Shown: piece by piece, positions 29,171 to 38,152 of the stretch
Layout: each line of letters opens with the position of its first letter
Position numbering within the stretch: the first letter of the stretch is position 1
Source: Trueperaceae bacterium
GTDB taxonomy: Bacteria; Deinococcota; Deinococci; Deinococcales; Trueperaceae
Assembly (NCBI GenBank): GCA_965213705.1
Contig: OZ243913.1
Location: 800,001 to 864,000, forward strand
Length of the DNA stretch: 64,000 bases
Reading direction: 5' to 3'
Made by a program: the position numbers and the translations under genes
Notes under the pieces: model-generated
Database searches by the model: none
The model's input: the letters and a program-made list of their open reading frames with translations, nothing else
Told to the model about the DNA's origin: nothing

Positions 29171-29656
29171 ATGACGACCAAGCGAGCGTTCAGCAAGTCC
29201 CTGGTTCCCTGGCTGGCTCGGCACGAGGGCGACTGGTACGGCACCTACGTCCACGTCGACGCCGACGGACGAGAGGTCGACAGACACGTGTCCCACCTCA
29301 TTTCGGTGTTTCCCGAGGACGGTCCCGACTACCACCAGACCAACCGCTACGTTTGGGCGGACGGGCGGGTCGAGGAACACCTGTTTCCCGGCACCTTCGA
29401 CCCGGCGAGCGGGCGCGTCGTCTTCGACACCGAGCGCATCGACGGCTGGGCTCGAGGGTTGGACGACCGCCACGTGCAACTGCAGTTCACCTACAAGGGC
29501 GGCTCCGAGCACTACGTGTACGAGTTCATCCACCTCTCCGACAGCGAGCGCTACCGCACCCGCACCTGGCACTGGTACGACGGCGACGGGCGGCTTTACA
29601 AACGCACCCTCATCGCTGAAACCCGCGACGCCGGCCCCGAGCATGACGGCATCTAA
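29171..29656 (+). CDS. Calycin-like beta-barrel protein (DUF3598-like)
   Basis: EGDWYGTYVHVDADG (GxW motif), beta-rich; GGAGG RBS. Confidence 0.65.
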   Translation: MTTKRAFSKSLVPWLARHEGDWYGTYVHVDADGREVDRHVSHLISVFPEDGPDYHQTNRYVWADGRVEEHLFPGTFDPASGRVVFDTERIDGWARGLDDRHVQLQFTYKGGSEHYVYEFIHLSDSERYRTRTWHWYDGDGRLYKRTLIAETRDAGPEHDGI

Positions 29657-30119
29657 CGCAACAAAATCGCTGGTCGAAACCCTGCCGCTGCTGGCACGCA
29701 ACGGGGGCGACTGGTACGGCACCTACCTCCATTTGGACGAGGCCGGCCACGTGCTCGACCGCCACGCCTCGCACCTCAACCCGGTTACGACTGAAGGCTC
29801 CAACAGCTACGCGCAGACCAACCGCTACACCTGGGCCGACGGTCGCGAGGTGAGTTATACGTTTACCGGCACCCTCAAAGGCGACCGCGTCGTCTACGAC
29901 ACCGAACGCATCTACGGCGAAGCTTGGGAAGCCGACGCCGACACCCTCATTTTGAAGTTCCGCTACAAAGACGAGCCCCGCAAGTACATCTACGAGTACA
30001 TCCACCTCTCCGCCGACGACCGGCACCGCACCCGCGTGTGGCACTGGTTCGACGAGCGCGGCGAGGTCTACAAGCGCACGCTAATTAAGGAAACTAGAGC
30101 AGTACCGAGTGCCGAGTAG
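29643..30119 (+). CDS. Calycin-like beta-barrel protein, tandem paralog
   Basis: GGDWYGTYLHLDEAG; shares QTNRY.WADGR, DTERI.G.A and YE.IHLS...R.RTR.WHW with the previous gene. Confidence 0.65.
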   Translation: MTASNATKSLVETLPLLARNGGDWYGTYLHLDEAGHVLDRHASHLNPVTTEGSNSYAQTNRYTWADGREVSYTFTGTLKGDRVVYDTERIYGEAWEADADTLILKFRYKDEPRKYIYEYIHLSADDRHRTRVWHWFDERGEVYKRTLIKETRAVPSAE

Positions 30120-30174
30120 CGAGAAAAGGCGGGTTCGTACCAAACTCGGTACTCGGTACTCAGCACTCGGTACT
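30101..30174. repeat. Heptamer inverted-repeat hairpin element
   Basis: AGTACCGAGTGCCGAG...CTCGGTACTCAGCACTCGGTACT; supplies the stop codon of 29643-30119. Confidence 0.85.
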
Positions 30175-30195
30175 CAAAAAACTTGGAGACATTTT

Positions 30196-30810
30196 ATGGA
30201 AACTGTAACCGCCTACTACGACTACCTCTGTCCCTTCGCACAGCGCGGCATGAAGCTTGCCGAGCAGGTCGCCGAGCCGCTGCAACTCACCTTCGACTGG
30301 CGGCACTTCAGCCTGTACCAGGGAAACTACAAGGGTGAGGACGGCTGGAAGGTGTGGGAGGACGCGCTGCAGACCGGCGACAAGGACGGCGGCAAGGGAC
30401 TGTTGCCGTTTTTAGCGTCGCACGCCGCGCGGGACTTAGGCGACGCTGCGGCGTTCCGGCTCGAGCTGGCGAAAGCCCACCACGAAACGGGCCGACCCTA
30501 TACCCTGGAAACCGTCCGGTCGGTCGCCGAGGGGGTGGGGCTGGACGCCGACGCGCTCGAGGCCAGGCTCCGCGACCCCGCAACCCGCGCCGCGCTCGCC
30601 GCCGAACACGCCGATTCCGCCGCCAACCACGTCACGGGCACGCCGACTTTCCGTTTTGCAACAGGCGACCAGGCTTACTTCCGCGCGGCGGACCTGCCCG
30701 CCACCCAGGACGGCGCGGTCAAACTCTTCTCGACCTACCGCACCCTGCTGACCGAGTTCCCGTTCGTGCAAAACGTCAAGCGCTACTACGAAGTGCGCAG
30801 GCCGAGTTAG
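30196..30810 (+). CDS. DsbA/HCCA-isomerase-like thioredoxin-fold protein (single Cys, CPFA)
   Basis: YYDYLCPFA...VTGTPTF; GGAG RBS. Confidence 0.78.
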   Translation: METVTAYYDYLCPFAQRGMKLAEQVAEPLQLTFDWRHFSLYQGNYKGEDGWKVWEDALQTGDKDGGKGLLPFLASHAARDLGDAAAFRLELAKAHHETGRPYTLETVRSVAEGVGLDADALEARLRDPATRAALAAEHADSAANHVTGTPTFRFATGDQAYFRAADLPATQDGAVKLFSTYRTLLTEFPFVQNVKRYYEVRRPS

Positions 30811-30821
30811 AGGAGTTTTAA

Positions 30822-31436
30822 GTGGAAGCGTACCGGTTCGAAGGGTTCGGCGACGCGTCGGGTATGGGGAAACGTCCGGCGGTCGTCGTGGTGGACTTTA
30901 TCAAGGGCTTTACCGACCCGGCGTGTCCGCTGGGGTCGAACCTGGACAAGGAAGTCGGGGCGACAAAGGCTTTGCTCGAGGCCGCCAGGGCGCAAGAGCT
31001 GCCCGTCTACTTCACCACGGTCGTTTACGGCGAAGCGGACAAGCGCGCGGGGTATTTTCTCCAGAAAGTTCCCGCCCTGGGCGTGCTTGCTCCGGACAGC
31101 CCGTGGGTCGAGGTGGACGAACGCTTGGCGCGCCGGGCGAGCGAGCCTCTATTTATCAAACGTTTTGCCAGCGCCTTTTTCGGGACCGACCTGAACGCCT
31201 ACCTCGCTTTCGAGCGGGTGGACACGGTCATCGTCACGGGCTGCACCACCTCGGGCTGCGTCCGCGCGACGGCGGTGGACGCGCTACAACACGGCTACCG
31301 CCTGGTCGTCCCGGAAGACTGCGTGGGTGACCGCTCGCAAGAAGCGCACGTGGCGAACCTGCGCGACATTCAGACCAAGTACGGAGACGTTTTGCCTTTG
31401 GACGAGGTGCTGCAAAGGTTGGAAAAAACAGCGTGA
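30822..31436 (+). CDS. Isochorismatase-family amidohydrolase (maleamate amidase NicF / N-carbamoylsarcosine amidase-like)
   Basis: Asp-Lys-Cys triad: VVVDF, IKRFASAFF, TGCTTSGCVRATAVDA. Confidence 0.85.
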   Translation: MEAYRFEGFGDASGMGKRPAVVVVDFIKGFTDPACPLGSNLDKEVGATKALLEAARAQELPVYFTTVVYGEADKRAGYFLQKVPALGVLAPDSPWVEVDERLARRASEPLFIKRFASAFFGTDLNAYLAFERVDTVIVTGCTTSGCVRATAVDALQHGYRLVVPEDCVGDRSQEAHVANLRDIQTKYGDVLPLDEVLQRLEKTA

Positions 31437-31514
31437 GTTCGGAGTGGTTTCGGCTGTGGACGGCGCGGGTAAGTGAGAGTTTCGATTTTGTTCAGCGTAG
31501 CGTCGCCATTCGTG

Positions 31515-31964
31515 TCAAACCGGCGGCAAGTCCAGAAGCTGTAACCCCGTCCCCGCGTCCGTCGCCCGCGACAAACTTCCCTCGTAACTCAGCATCGTAA
31601 ACTCGACGGCGAACGCTTTCGCGCTCACGACGTGCCCGCCCCAAAGCTTGACGTCGTCACCCGTCCTCGAGCTTAAACTCAGGTGCAAGTGAACATGCGG
31701 GTTATCGTCCAGGGTGCTTATCAGCCCGTGTCCCCCGACGATTTCAAAAGCGCCCGTGAGGGTGAGGGGTTCTAAACGTTCCCCTTTTTTGAAGTCGTAG
31801 GCGCTCAAGACGACCTCGCTCAGGCCGCCGAGCATAAAAACGTTCGCCGCACGGACGCCGTGAATCCCGGCCACCTGCACGAAGCTTTCGTGCAGGTCGG
31901 CGTCGCCGGTCAGGGTGCCCGCATAAACTATTGTCTTTTCGGAGATTTTTTGGAGTCGGAGCAT
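31515..31964 (-). CDS. PPC/DUF296 domain protein
   Basis: FEIVGGHG...PHVHLH...GGHV...VEF pattern. Confidence 0.8.
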   Translation of the reverse strand: MLRLQKISEKTIVYAGTLTGDADLHESFVQVAGIHGVRAANVFMLGGLSEVVLSAYDFKKGERLEPLTLTGAFEIVGGHGLISTLDDNPHVHLHLSLSSRTGDDVKLWGGHVVSAKAFAVEFTMLSYEGSLSRATDAGTGLQLLDLPPV

Positions 31965-31991
31965 AGGTGACGAGGGCGAGTTCGTTACTCG

Positions 31992-33188
31992 CTAGATGAC
32001 CCCTTTCGTTCGCAAGTCTGTGAGTTCGCCGTCGGAAAGGCCGAGCAACGACCCCAACACTTCATCGGTGTGCTGTCCCAAAAGCGGCGGCGGCGCGTAA
32101 CCGTCGTCGTTCGTGGCGGACAGCTTGATGGGGTTGCCGGGCATCTTGACGCTGCCCCCCTCGGGGTGTTCGACCTCGACGACCATGTTGCGCGCGACGA
32201 CTTGCGGGTCGCTCAAGGCCTGCTCGAGGGTGTTCACGGGCGCGCAGGGAATCCGCGCCTTGCGCAGTTTGCTCAGCCAGTGAGCTTGTGTAAGAGTGCG
32301 GAAAACCTCGCCCAACTTTTCGTTAATGAGGTCCTGGTTGTGCCAGCGTCCGGGCTGCTCCCGGTTTTCTTCGGTGTCTAAGTCGGGAAGCTCGAGCACG
32401 TCCATCAGGTTCGCCCAAAAGTTGTCGGTGATGACCGCGACGATGATGTAGCCGTCGCTGCACGCGAACGTGTTGTAGGGCACGTGGACGAAGTGGGCGT
32501 TGCCGAGCTTGTCGGGCACGTTGCCGGACAGGTGGTACATCGTCGCCATGTAGTTCAAGAGGCTGATTTGCGCGTCCAGCATAGAAATATCGACGTGTTG
32601 CCCCTGCCCCGTCGTTTCCCTGGCTAAAAGCGCCGCGAGGACGCCGACGACCCCCATCAGTCCGCCGCCCAGGTCGCCTATCGGGATGCCCGAGCGGGTC
32701 GGCGGGCCGCCCGGCTGCCCGGTGATGCTCATGCCGCCGCCCACCGCCTGCGTGACCATGTCGAAGGCGGGCTGACGCGTGTCGGGGCCGGTCTCGCCAA
32801 AACCCGTAATCGTGTAGGTGACGATGCGCGGGTTGACCTCGGACAGGTGGGCGTGGTCGATGTTGAGGCGCTTCGTGACGCCCGCGCTGAAGTTGTCCAG
32901 GACGACGTCCGCGTGTTTGACAAGGTCGTAAAACAGCGCCAGGCCGCGCTCGTCTTTGAGGTTGAGGGTCACGCTTTTTTTGTTGCGGTTCAGCGTCAAA
33001 AAGTACGCGCCCATGCCGTGCAGGCTGTTGTCGGGGTCGTCCGCTAACAGGCGGCGGGTGCCCTCGCCCGTGCCGGGCGGCTCAATCTTGAGGGTTTCCG
33101 TGCCTAAGTCGGCGAGCATCATCCCGGCGTAGGGGCCGGAGAGCATGTGGGTCAGGTCGAGCAGGACGGTCCCGGCGAGTGGTTTCAA
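31992..33188 (-). CDS. CaiB/BaiF class III CoA-transferase
   Basis: LDLTHMLSGP, NRNKKS, DVVLDNF, GFGETGP, AFD; probable TTG start after GGGAG. Confidence 0.9.
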   Translation of the reverse strand: MKPLAGTVLLDLTHMLSGPYAGMMLADLGTETLKIEPPGTGEGTRRLLADDPDNSLHGMGAYFLTLNRNKKSVTLNLKDERGLALFYDLVKHADVVLDNFSAGVTKRLNIDHAHLSEVNPRIVTYTITGFGETGPDTRQPAFDMVTQAVGGGMSITGQPGGPPTRSGIPIGDLGGGLMGVVGVLAALLARETTGQGQHVDISMLDAQISLLNYMATMYHLSGNVPDKLGNAHFVHVPYNTFACSDGYIIVAVITDNFWANLMDVLELPDLDTEENREQPGRWHNQDLINEKLGEVFRTLTQAHWLSKLRKARIPCAPVNTLEQALSDPQVVARNMVVEVEHPEGGSVKMPGNPIKLSATNDDGYAPPPLLGQHTDEVLGSLLGLSDGELTDLRTKGVI

Positions 33189-33221
33189 ACGGTGACTCCC
33201 TAGTGATGGCTCCTTGAATGA

Positions 33222-33237
33222 TATAATGTTATAACAT
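33222..33237 (+). promoter_or_regulatory. TATAAT -10 box overlapping palindrome ATGTTATAACAT (putative GntR/HutC-type operator)
   Basis: Perfect 12-bp palindrome between the divergent caiB and gntR genes. Confidence 0.7.
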
Positions 33238-33275
33238 CTAGGCGGATAGTTATACGCGCTCAGCCAAAGGACGCC

Positions 33276-33998
33276 ATGACCCAGATTGACCGCAGTTCTC
33301 CGTTGCCCCTCTACTCGCAGCTCAAGGCAATTTTGCTCGAGCGGCTCAGGCAGGAGTGGCAGCCGGGGCAGCTGATACCGGGCGAGAGTGCGCTCGAGAG
33401 CGCCTACGGCCTCAGCCGGATTACCGTGCGGCAGGCGCTCGCCGAACTGGTCAACGACGGCTACTTGTACCGCCAGCGCGGCCGCGGTACCTTTGTCAGG
33501 CATCAAAAATTCACCCACGACCCGGCGCGGCGCTTGGCGCTGACCGACACTATGCGGCAACAGGGCGTCACGCCGGGCTGGCGCGTGCTGGGCAGCGGTC
33601 CCTGCGAGGCGACGGACGGGTTGGCGCACATGCTCGGCATAGGGACGGGCTCGAGCATCTTTATCCTGAAACGCTTGCGCCTGGTCAACGAGGAAGTTAT
33701 CGGCTACCACGTCGCTTATGTGCCGGGGGCGCAAGCCGAGCACATCGACCCGGAGGCGTTAGACCGGGAAGGGTCGCTGCACTACCTGCGCCACGTGCCC
33801 GGCATGGCGGGCAGTAGAGCGCACCGGACCCTGGAGGCGCAGGGCGCGAGCGAAGTTGTCGCCAGACACTTAGGTATTCAAGCAGACGACCCCGTGTTGC
33901 ACATCGAGCGCGTCACCGTAGCGGCGGACGGCAGCCCTATCGAACTTTTGAGCGCCGCTTACCGGGGTGACCGCTTCAGGTACACCCTCTCTATTTAG
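33276..33998 (+). CDS. GntR (HutC/UTRA) regulator
   Basis: PLYSQL...SRITVRQAL...RGRGTFV HTH followed by a UTRA domain ending YRGDRF. Confidence 0.93.
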   Translation: MTQIDRSSPLPLYSQLKAILLERLRQEWQPGQLIPGESALESAYGLSRITVRQALAELVNDGYLYRQRGRGTFVRHQKFTHDPARRLALTDTMRQQGVTPGWRVLGSGPCEATDGLAHMLGIGTGSSIFILKRLRLVNEEVIGYHVAYVPGAQAEHIDPEALDREGSLHYLRHVPGMAGSRAHRTLEAQGASEVVARHLGIQADDPVLHIERVTVAADGSPIELLSAAYRGDRFRYTLSI

Positions 33999-34009
33999 TG
34001 AAAGGAGGT

Positions 34010-34090
34010 AGTACCGAGTACCGAGTAAAAAGTACCGCGAAAAGGCGCGAAAGTGCCGCCCTCGTTGTTTGTTACTCGAGCCTCGTTACT
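34010..34090. repeat. Heptamer inverted-repeat hairpin element (degenerate)
   Basis: AGTACCGAGTACCGAGTAA ... TTACTCGAGCCTCGTTACT. Confidence 0.75.
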
Positions 34091-34098
34091 CACTCTCA

Positions 34099-34587
34099 AT
34101 GGTAGATGAAAAAATGACGACGCCCTACGGCATGGACTTGAAAGTCGACTACGGCGAAGCGCGCCACCGCCCCTACCAGTGTTTTATGGGCCGCTGGGAA
34201 GGTTTGTGCAAAACGTTCACGGCGCGCGGCGAGTTTTTGGAGTCCACCGCCGTCCACATGAACGTGTTTTGGAAGGACGCAAATACCTGGCATTTACACG
34301 AACACTTCGAAAACCTGTTTGAAGTGGGCGAGACGGTGTTTCACAGCGACATCCACGTCGAGGGCAAATATTGCCACTCCAAAAACGACATGGTGACGAT
34401 TACCGGCAGCGAACTCACCCCCTACAACTACGTGTTCACCATCGACTCTCAAGTGACCAAAACCCTCGTCTACAACAACCACTACTTTTTAGACCCCGAC
34501 ACGCGGCGCATCATCACCCACAAAACGCGCGGCGGCGAGACGCATATTTACCAGATTCAGGACTTCGCCCGCGTGGTGCGGCCCTAA
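34099..34587 (+). CDS. Calycin-like beta-barrel hypothetical protein
   Basis: FMGRWEGLCKTFTARG (GxW motif), beta-rich and His-rich; start may be 34114. Confidence 0.55.
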   Translation: MVDEKMTTPYGMDLKVDYGEARHRPYQCFMGRWEGLCKTFTARGEFLESTAVHMNVFWKDANTWHLHEHFENLFEVGETVFHSDIHVEGKYCHSKNDMVTITGSELTPYNYVFTIDSQVTKTLVYNNHYFLDPDTRRIITHKTRGGETHIYQIQDFARVVRP

Positions 34588-34620
34588 CGGCCTTTTTCGG
34601 GAGACAAGTGTGAGAGACCC

Positions 34621-35439
34621 GTGATTGTTCAAACCGCGCCCGAGGGCGAAGCTCATTTTGTAGTTCTGCAAGCCGACCACGCTCGAGCTTCGGGGCAGTT
34701 GGCGCTGGCCTTCGGGAACGCGGATTTCGGCGAACTCTATCCGAAAGACCTCATGGAGTTCGTCGTCGCGCACCACGACGAGGGTTGGACGCCGGTTGAC
34801 GCGGAGGTCAACCGGGACGAACGTACCGGCCTGCCCTACCACCTGACGCAGACGCCGCTGCCGGACTTGGTCCGCACGGGCAACCTCACGCCCGACTTCA
34901 ACGAGGCGCGACATCCGTTTTGCGGCGTTATCTCGAGTATGCACTTTTACGGCCTTTACCACGGGCGCTACGGCTTGTCGGACAAACTCTTCATCGACAC
35001 CCTGACCGACGAGCACAAACCGCTGGTCGACGACCTGTTGAGCGGCGAACTGGCGCGGCAGCAACGCCTCAAAAAACAGCTTAGGGCCGACGGTCACGGG
35101 GACTGGGCGCAGGACGACTTTTTGTTTCACAATTACAAGTTGTTACAATTTTTCGACACGCTCTCGCTCTACTTTCACATGGTTCACGCAAAGGCTCGAG
35201 CCGAGGCGACGTTCCAAAACCTGCCGAGGGGTTTGGGCGACGACGTAACGGTGACGGTCAGGCCGGTGAGCAAAAACGCCTACGGGATAAGCCCCTGGCC
35301 GTTTGGGGAAGAGGCGCTCGAGTTCACCACCGCCGGCCGTTACCTCAAACCGCAACCCGCGTCGGTCGACCTCGCCGACGTGTTTCACGCAAAGCGGCTC
35401 GAGACCCAGACCGTCACGCTCCTACCGGGGCGCGGATGA
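34621..35439 (+). CDS. DUF3891 family (HD-like) protein
   Basis: QADHARASG.LA, HHDEGW, SMH, FDTLSL. Confidence 0.75.
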   Translation: MIVQTAPEGEAHFVVLQADHARASGQLALAFGNADFGELYPKDLMEFVVAHHDEGWTPVDAEVNRDERTGLPYHLTQTPLPDLVRTGNLTPDFNEARHPFCGVISSMHFYGLYHGRYGLSDKLFIDTLTDEHKPLVDDLLSGELARQQRLKKQLRADGHGDWAQDDFLFHNYKLLQFFDTLSLYFHMVHAKARAEATFQNLPRGLGDDVTVTVRPVSKNAYGISPWPFGEEALEFTTAGRYLKPQPASVDLADVFHAKRLETQTVTLLPGRG

Positions 35440-35463
35440 CCGGCCCCCGATGACTGGACCCCG

Positions 35464-36387
35464 ATGAGCACCGACAAAAGCTTCAGCCAGGGTGTCGGGC
35501 AGTGGCTCGGCACCGCGGAGGTGTTTGACGGCGCGGGCGCTTTTTTAGGCAACGCGACGGACAAGCGGCACGTGCAGCGGCAAACGGACGAGCAGCGCGT
35601 CCGCATCGACCTCTCCTTTGTCGGCCCGTTCAAGTTCGCGGGGCACTATACAATAGCCGACCACGGGTCGCACCGGCTCTACGAAGGCCCCGCCAACGTC
35701 GGCTACGCCGAAACGCTGAGCGACGGGCTCATCGACGCGAACGCCTACTGGCCCGTCACGGGGCTGACGCAACGCTTTTTCCTGATGGTTCTACCCGGCG
35801 GCGACAAACAGGTGTCCCTGGCGCTGATGTCGCGCGGCGAGCAGCTTTTATATGTCGTGGTGGGCGAATACAACCGCGTGACCGAAGAAATCGGTCCGGT
35901 GCCGCCGGGCTTTGTCAACGGCACCTCGTTCGACCTTGCGGGCGACCCCACGGCGGGGCGGGGTACGGTGCTGCTGCACCGTCCGGGGACGTGGCGGGGA
36001 ACGCTGACGAGCCTGGACGAAAAGCTCGAGGCCGCCGGAGAGAGTTCTTACAGTGAGACCGTCAGCAGGAGAGAAGGAAAGCTGAGGGTTAGCGTCGAGG
36101 GCTCAACGCTCGACCCGGAACCCCGTGAGTTTGAGTTGAAGACCGAGGGCGCGCTCGCTTGGGTGCCTGCCAAAGACGAAGGCCTAGAGATTGCGGGTTC
36201 CTACAGCGTGAGCGGCGGGCGGGCGCTCTCAGGGCAGTTCCACCACCTGGCGAAAGCGCTGCGCGTGTGGCGGCGTGAAGTGGTGAGTCACGACGGGACG
36301 CTCAAGGCCGTGCTCCACACTTGGTACCGGGGCGGCGTGCGCGTGGGCGTGGGGTTCGGCGTGTTGGCGTTCGAGGCCGCCCCGTGA
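35464..36387 (+). CDS. Hypothetical protein with two calycin-like beta-barrel domains
   Basis: GQWLGTAEVFDGAG and PGTWRGTLTSLDE repeats. Confidence 0.55.
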   Translation: MSTDKSFSQGVGQWLGTAEVFDGAGAFLGNATDKRHVQRQTDEQRVRIDLSFVGPFKFAGHYTIADHGSHRLYEGPANVGYAETLSDGLIDANAYWPVTGLTQRFFLMVLPGGDKQVSLALMSRGEQLLYVVVGEYNRVTEEIGPVPPGFVNGTSFDLAGDPTAGRGTVLLHRPGTWRGTLTSLDEKLEAAGESSYSETVSRREGKLRVSVEGSTLDPEPREFELKTEGALAWVPAKDEGLEIAGSYSVSGGRALSGQFHHLAKALRVWRREVVSHDGTLKAVLHTWYRGGVRVGVGFGVLAFEAAP

Positions 36388-37229
36388 GCAAAGACGGCTT
36401 CATGGGCGCTTGGCGGGTGAGCGAGTACGTCCACGACCCGGACGGCTGTTTCGTCGGCGTGGTGCGGCAGCGGCGGGAGTTGGAGCGGCTCGAGAACGGC
36501 TACCTCCGCGTGACGCAGCGCTGCGCGCCGGACGCGGCGCTGGCCCGGCATCCTATGGGGCGCTTTGCCGGCACGTGGGTCTTCGACCTCAGCGTGGACG
36601 GACCCGCACGGCTCTACCACGGGCCGGACGTGGTGGGCTCGGGCTTCGCTTGGGGCGAAGGCGCGCTGACGGGGCGCGGGCTGTGGCCCCGTTTTGGACA
36701 CAACTTCACCTCTTTCGCCGTCCTCGTCACGCCCGAGCGGCAGCTCACGGGCGGGCAGTTCTTCGACGCCTCGCAGATGGTCGCCAACGTCGTCGGCGTC
36801 GCGGTGCCGGAGGTATGCGGGCAGTGGCCCGAACTGACCGGGGTAACTCGAGCCGGTGACGTCGCCGCTCGTTGGGTCGGCACCAAGCGCAGGGTCGACC
36901 CGGCGGGCACCGTTCTCTTTGAGGACAAAGTCGAGCGGCGCTATGACGGACAAACTTTTCAGGAAGGGGATTTTCGCCTCTATCTGACCCCCGCCCGAAC
37001 CAAGCTCGAGTGCCGGGGTACCCTGGCCGACGCGAACACACAAGGTCTCGCCAAGCAAACAGGGCCGCTGCTCGAGGGCGAACTCGTCCTGGACGCCCGC
37101 CGGCTGCTCACGTTCAAAGAAGTCCTCGACGCCGAAGCAGGCCACCTCGTCAGCCTGCGCCGCCTGTACAAAGACCAGCAACTCGACCATGTCGAAGTCT
37201 TCCGCCTGAGACCGAAGGGAAAAGCATGA
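36384..37229 (+). CDS. Hypothetical protein with two calycin-like beta-barrel domains
   Basis: GAWRVSEYVHDPDG and ARWVGTKRRVDPAG; LYHGP resembles LYEGP of the previous gene; GTGA coupling. Confidence 0.55.
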   Translation: MSKDGFMGAWRVSEYVHDPDGCFVGVVRQRRELERLENGYLRVTQRCAPDAALARHPMGRFAGTWVFDLSVDGPARLYHGPDVVGSGFAWGEGALTGRGLWPRFGHNFTSFAVLVTPERQLTGGQFFDASQMVANVVGVAVPEVCGQWPELTGVTRAGDVAARWVGTKRRVDPAGTVLFEDKVERRYDGQTFQEGDFRLYLTPARTKLECRGTLADANTQGLAKQTGPLLEGELVLDARRLLTFKEVLDAEAGHLVSLRRLYKDQQLDHVEVFRLRPKGKA

Positions 37230-38149
37230 TGACGTCGGAACCCGTCCCGAGCCTGCCCCAAACCGCCGAGATTGTCGAAGTGGGTTTGCGCGACGGGTTT
37301 CAGACGCTGCAGAAACCGGTCCCGCTCGAGTTGAAGCTCGAGCTTATCCATATCCTGATTGACGCGGGCGTGAAGCACATCCAAGTCACTTCCTTCGTTC
37401 ACCCCAAGCGCGTGCCGCAGATGGCGGACGCCGAAGAATTATGCGCGGCCTTACCCAACGCGCCGGGGGTCGAGTACAGCGGCTTGGTCTTGAACCTAAA
37501 AGGCGTCGAGCGGGCGCTCGCGGCGGGGCTCAAAGCCCTCGACATGGGCGTGGCGGCGACCGAGAGCTTAAGCCGGCGCAACGCCAACACCTCGGTCGCC
37601 GAGGGCATGGCGCAGATGGGCGACATGGCGCGGACGGCCAAAACCGCGGGCGTCCGGGTTCGCGCCGGGATTCAGACCGCCTTTGGCTGCGCCTACGAGG
37701 GCGAAGTGCCTCAGGAGAGAGTTGTGGACTTGGTGACGCAAACCTTGGACATGGACGTCGACGAACTCGCCCTGTCCGATTCGACCGGCATGGCGAACCC
37801 GTTGCAGGTTGAACGGATGCTCACCGCGCTGCGCCCCCTGGCGGGCGACGTCGAAATCGTCTTGCACCTTCACGACACGCGCGGCCTGGGGCTCGCCAAC
37901 GTTTACGCGGCGCTCCGCCACGGCGTGACCAAGTTCGACACGGCCTTCGGCGGTCTGGGCGGCTGTCCCTTCATCGTCGGGGCGAAAGGCAACATCGCCA
38001 CCGAAGACACGCTCAACCTGATGGCGGAGCTGGGGGTGGCGACGGGGGTGGACATCGGCAAAATCGCGGGACTGTCGAGGCGGCTCGAGGCCTTCCTCGA
38101 CACCCCGCTGCCCGCCAAGCTCCATCACCTTTTGAAAGGCAGCGCGTAA
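37226..38149 (+). CDS. HMG-CoA lyase family (citramalyl-CoA lyase-like)
   Basis: EVGLRDGFQ, HLHDTRG, GGLGGCPF, GNIATED. Confidence 0.9.
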   Translation: MMTSEPVPSLPQTAEIVEVGLRDGFQTLQKPVPLELKLELIHILIDAGVKHIQVTSFVHPKRVPQMADAEELCAALPNAPGVEYSGLVLNLKGVERALAAGLKALDMGVAATESLSRRNANTSVAEGMAQMGDMARTAKTAGVRVRAGIQTAFGCAYEGEVPQERVVDLVTQTLDMDVDELALSDSTGMANPLQVERMLTALRPLAGDVEIVLHLHDTRGLGLANVYAALRHGVTKFDTAFGGLGGCPFIVGAKGNIATEDTLNLMAELGVATGVDIGKIAGLSRRLEAFLDTPLPAKLHHLLKGSA

Positions 38150-38152
38150 GCC

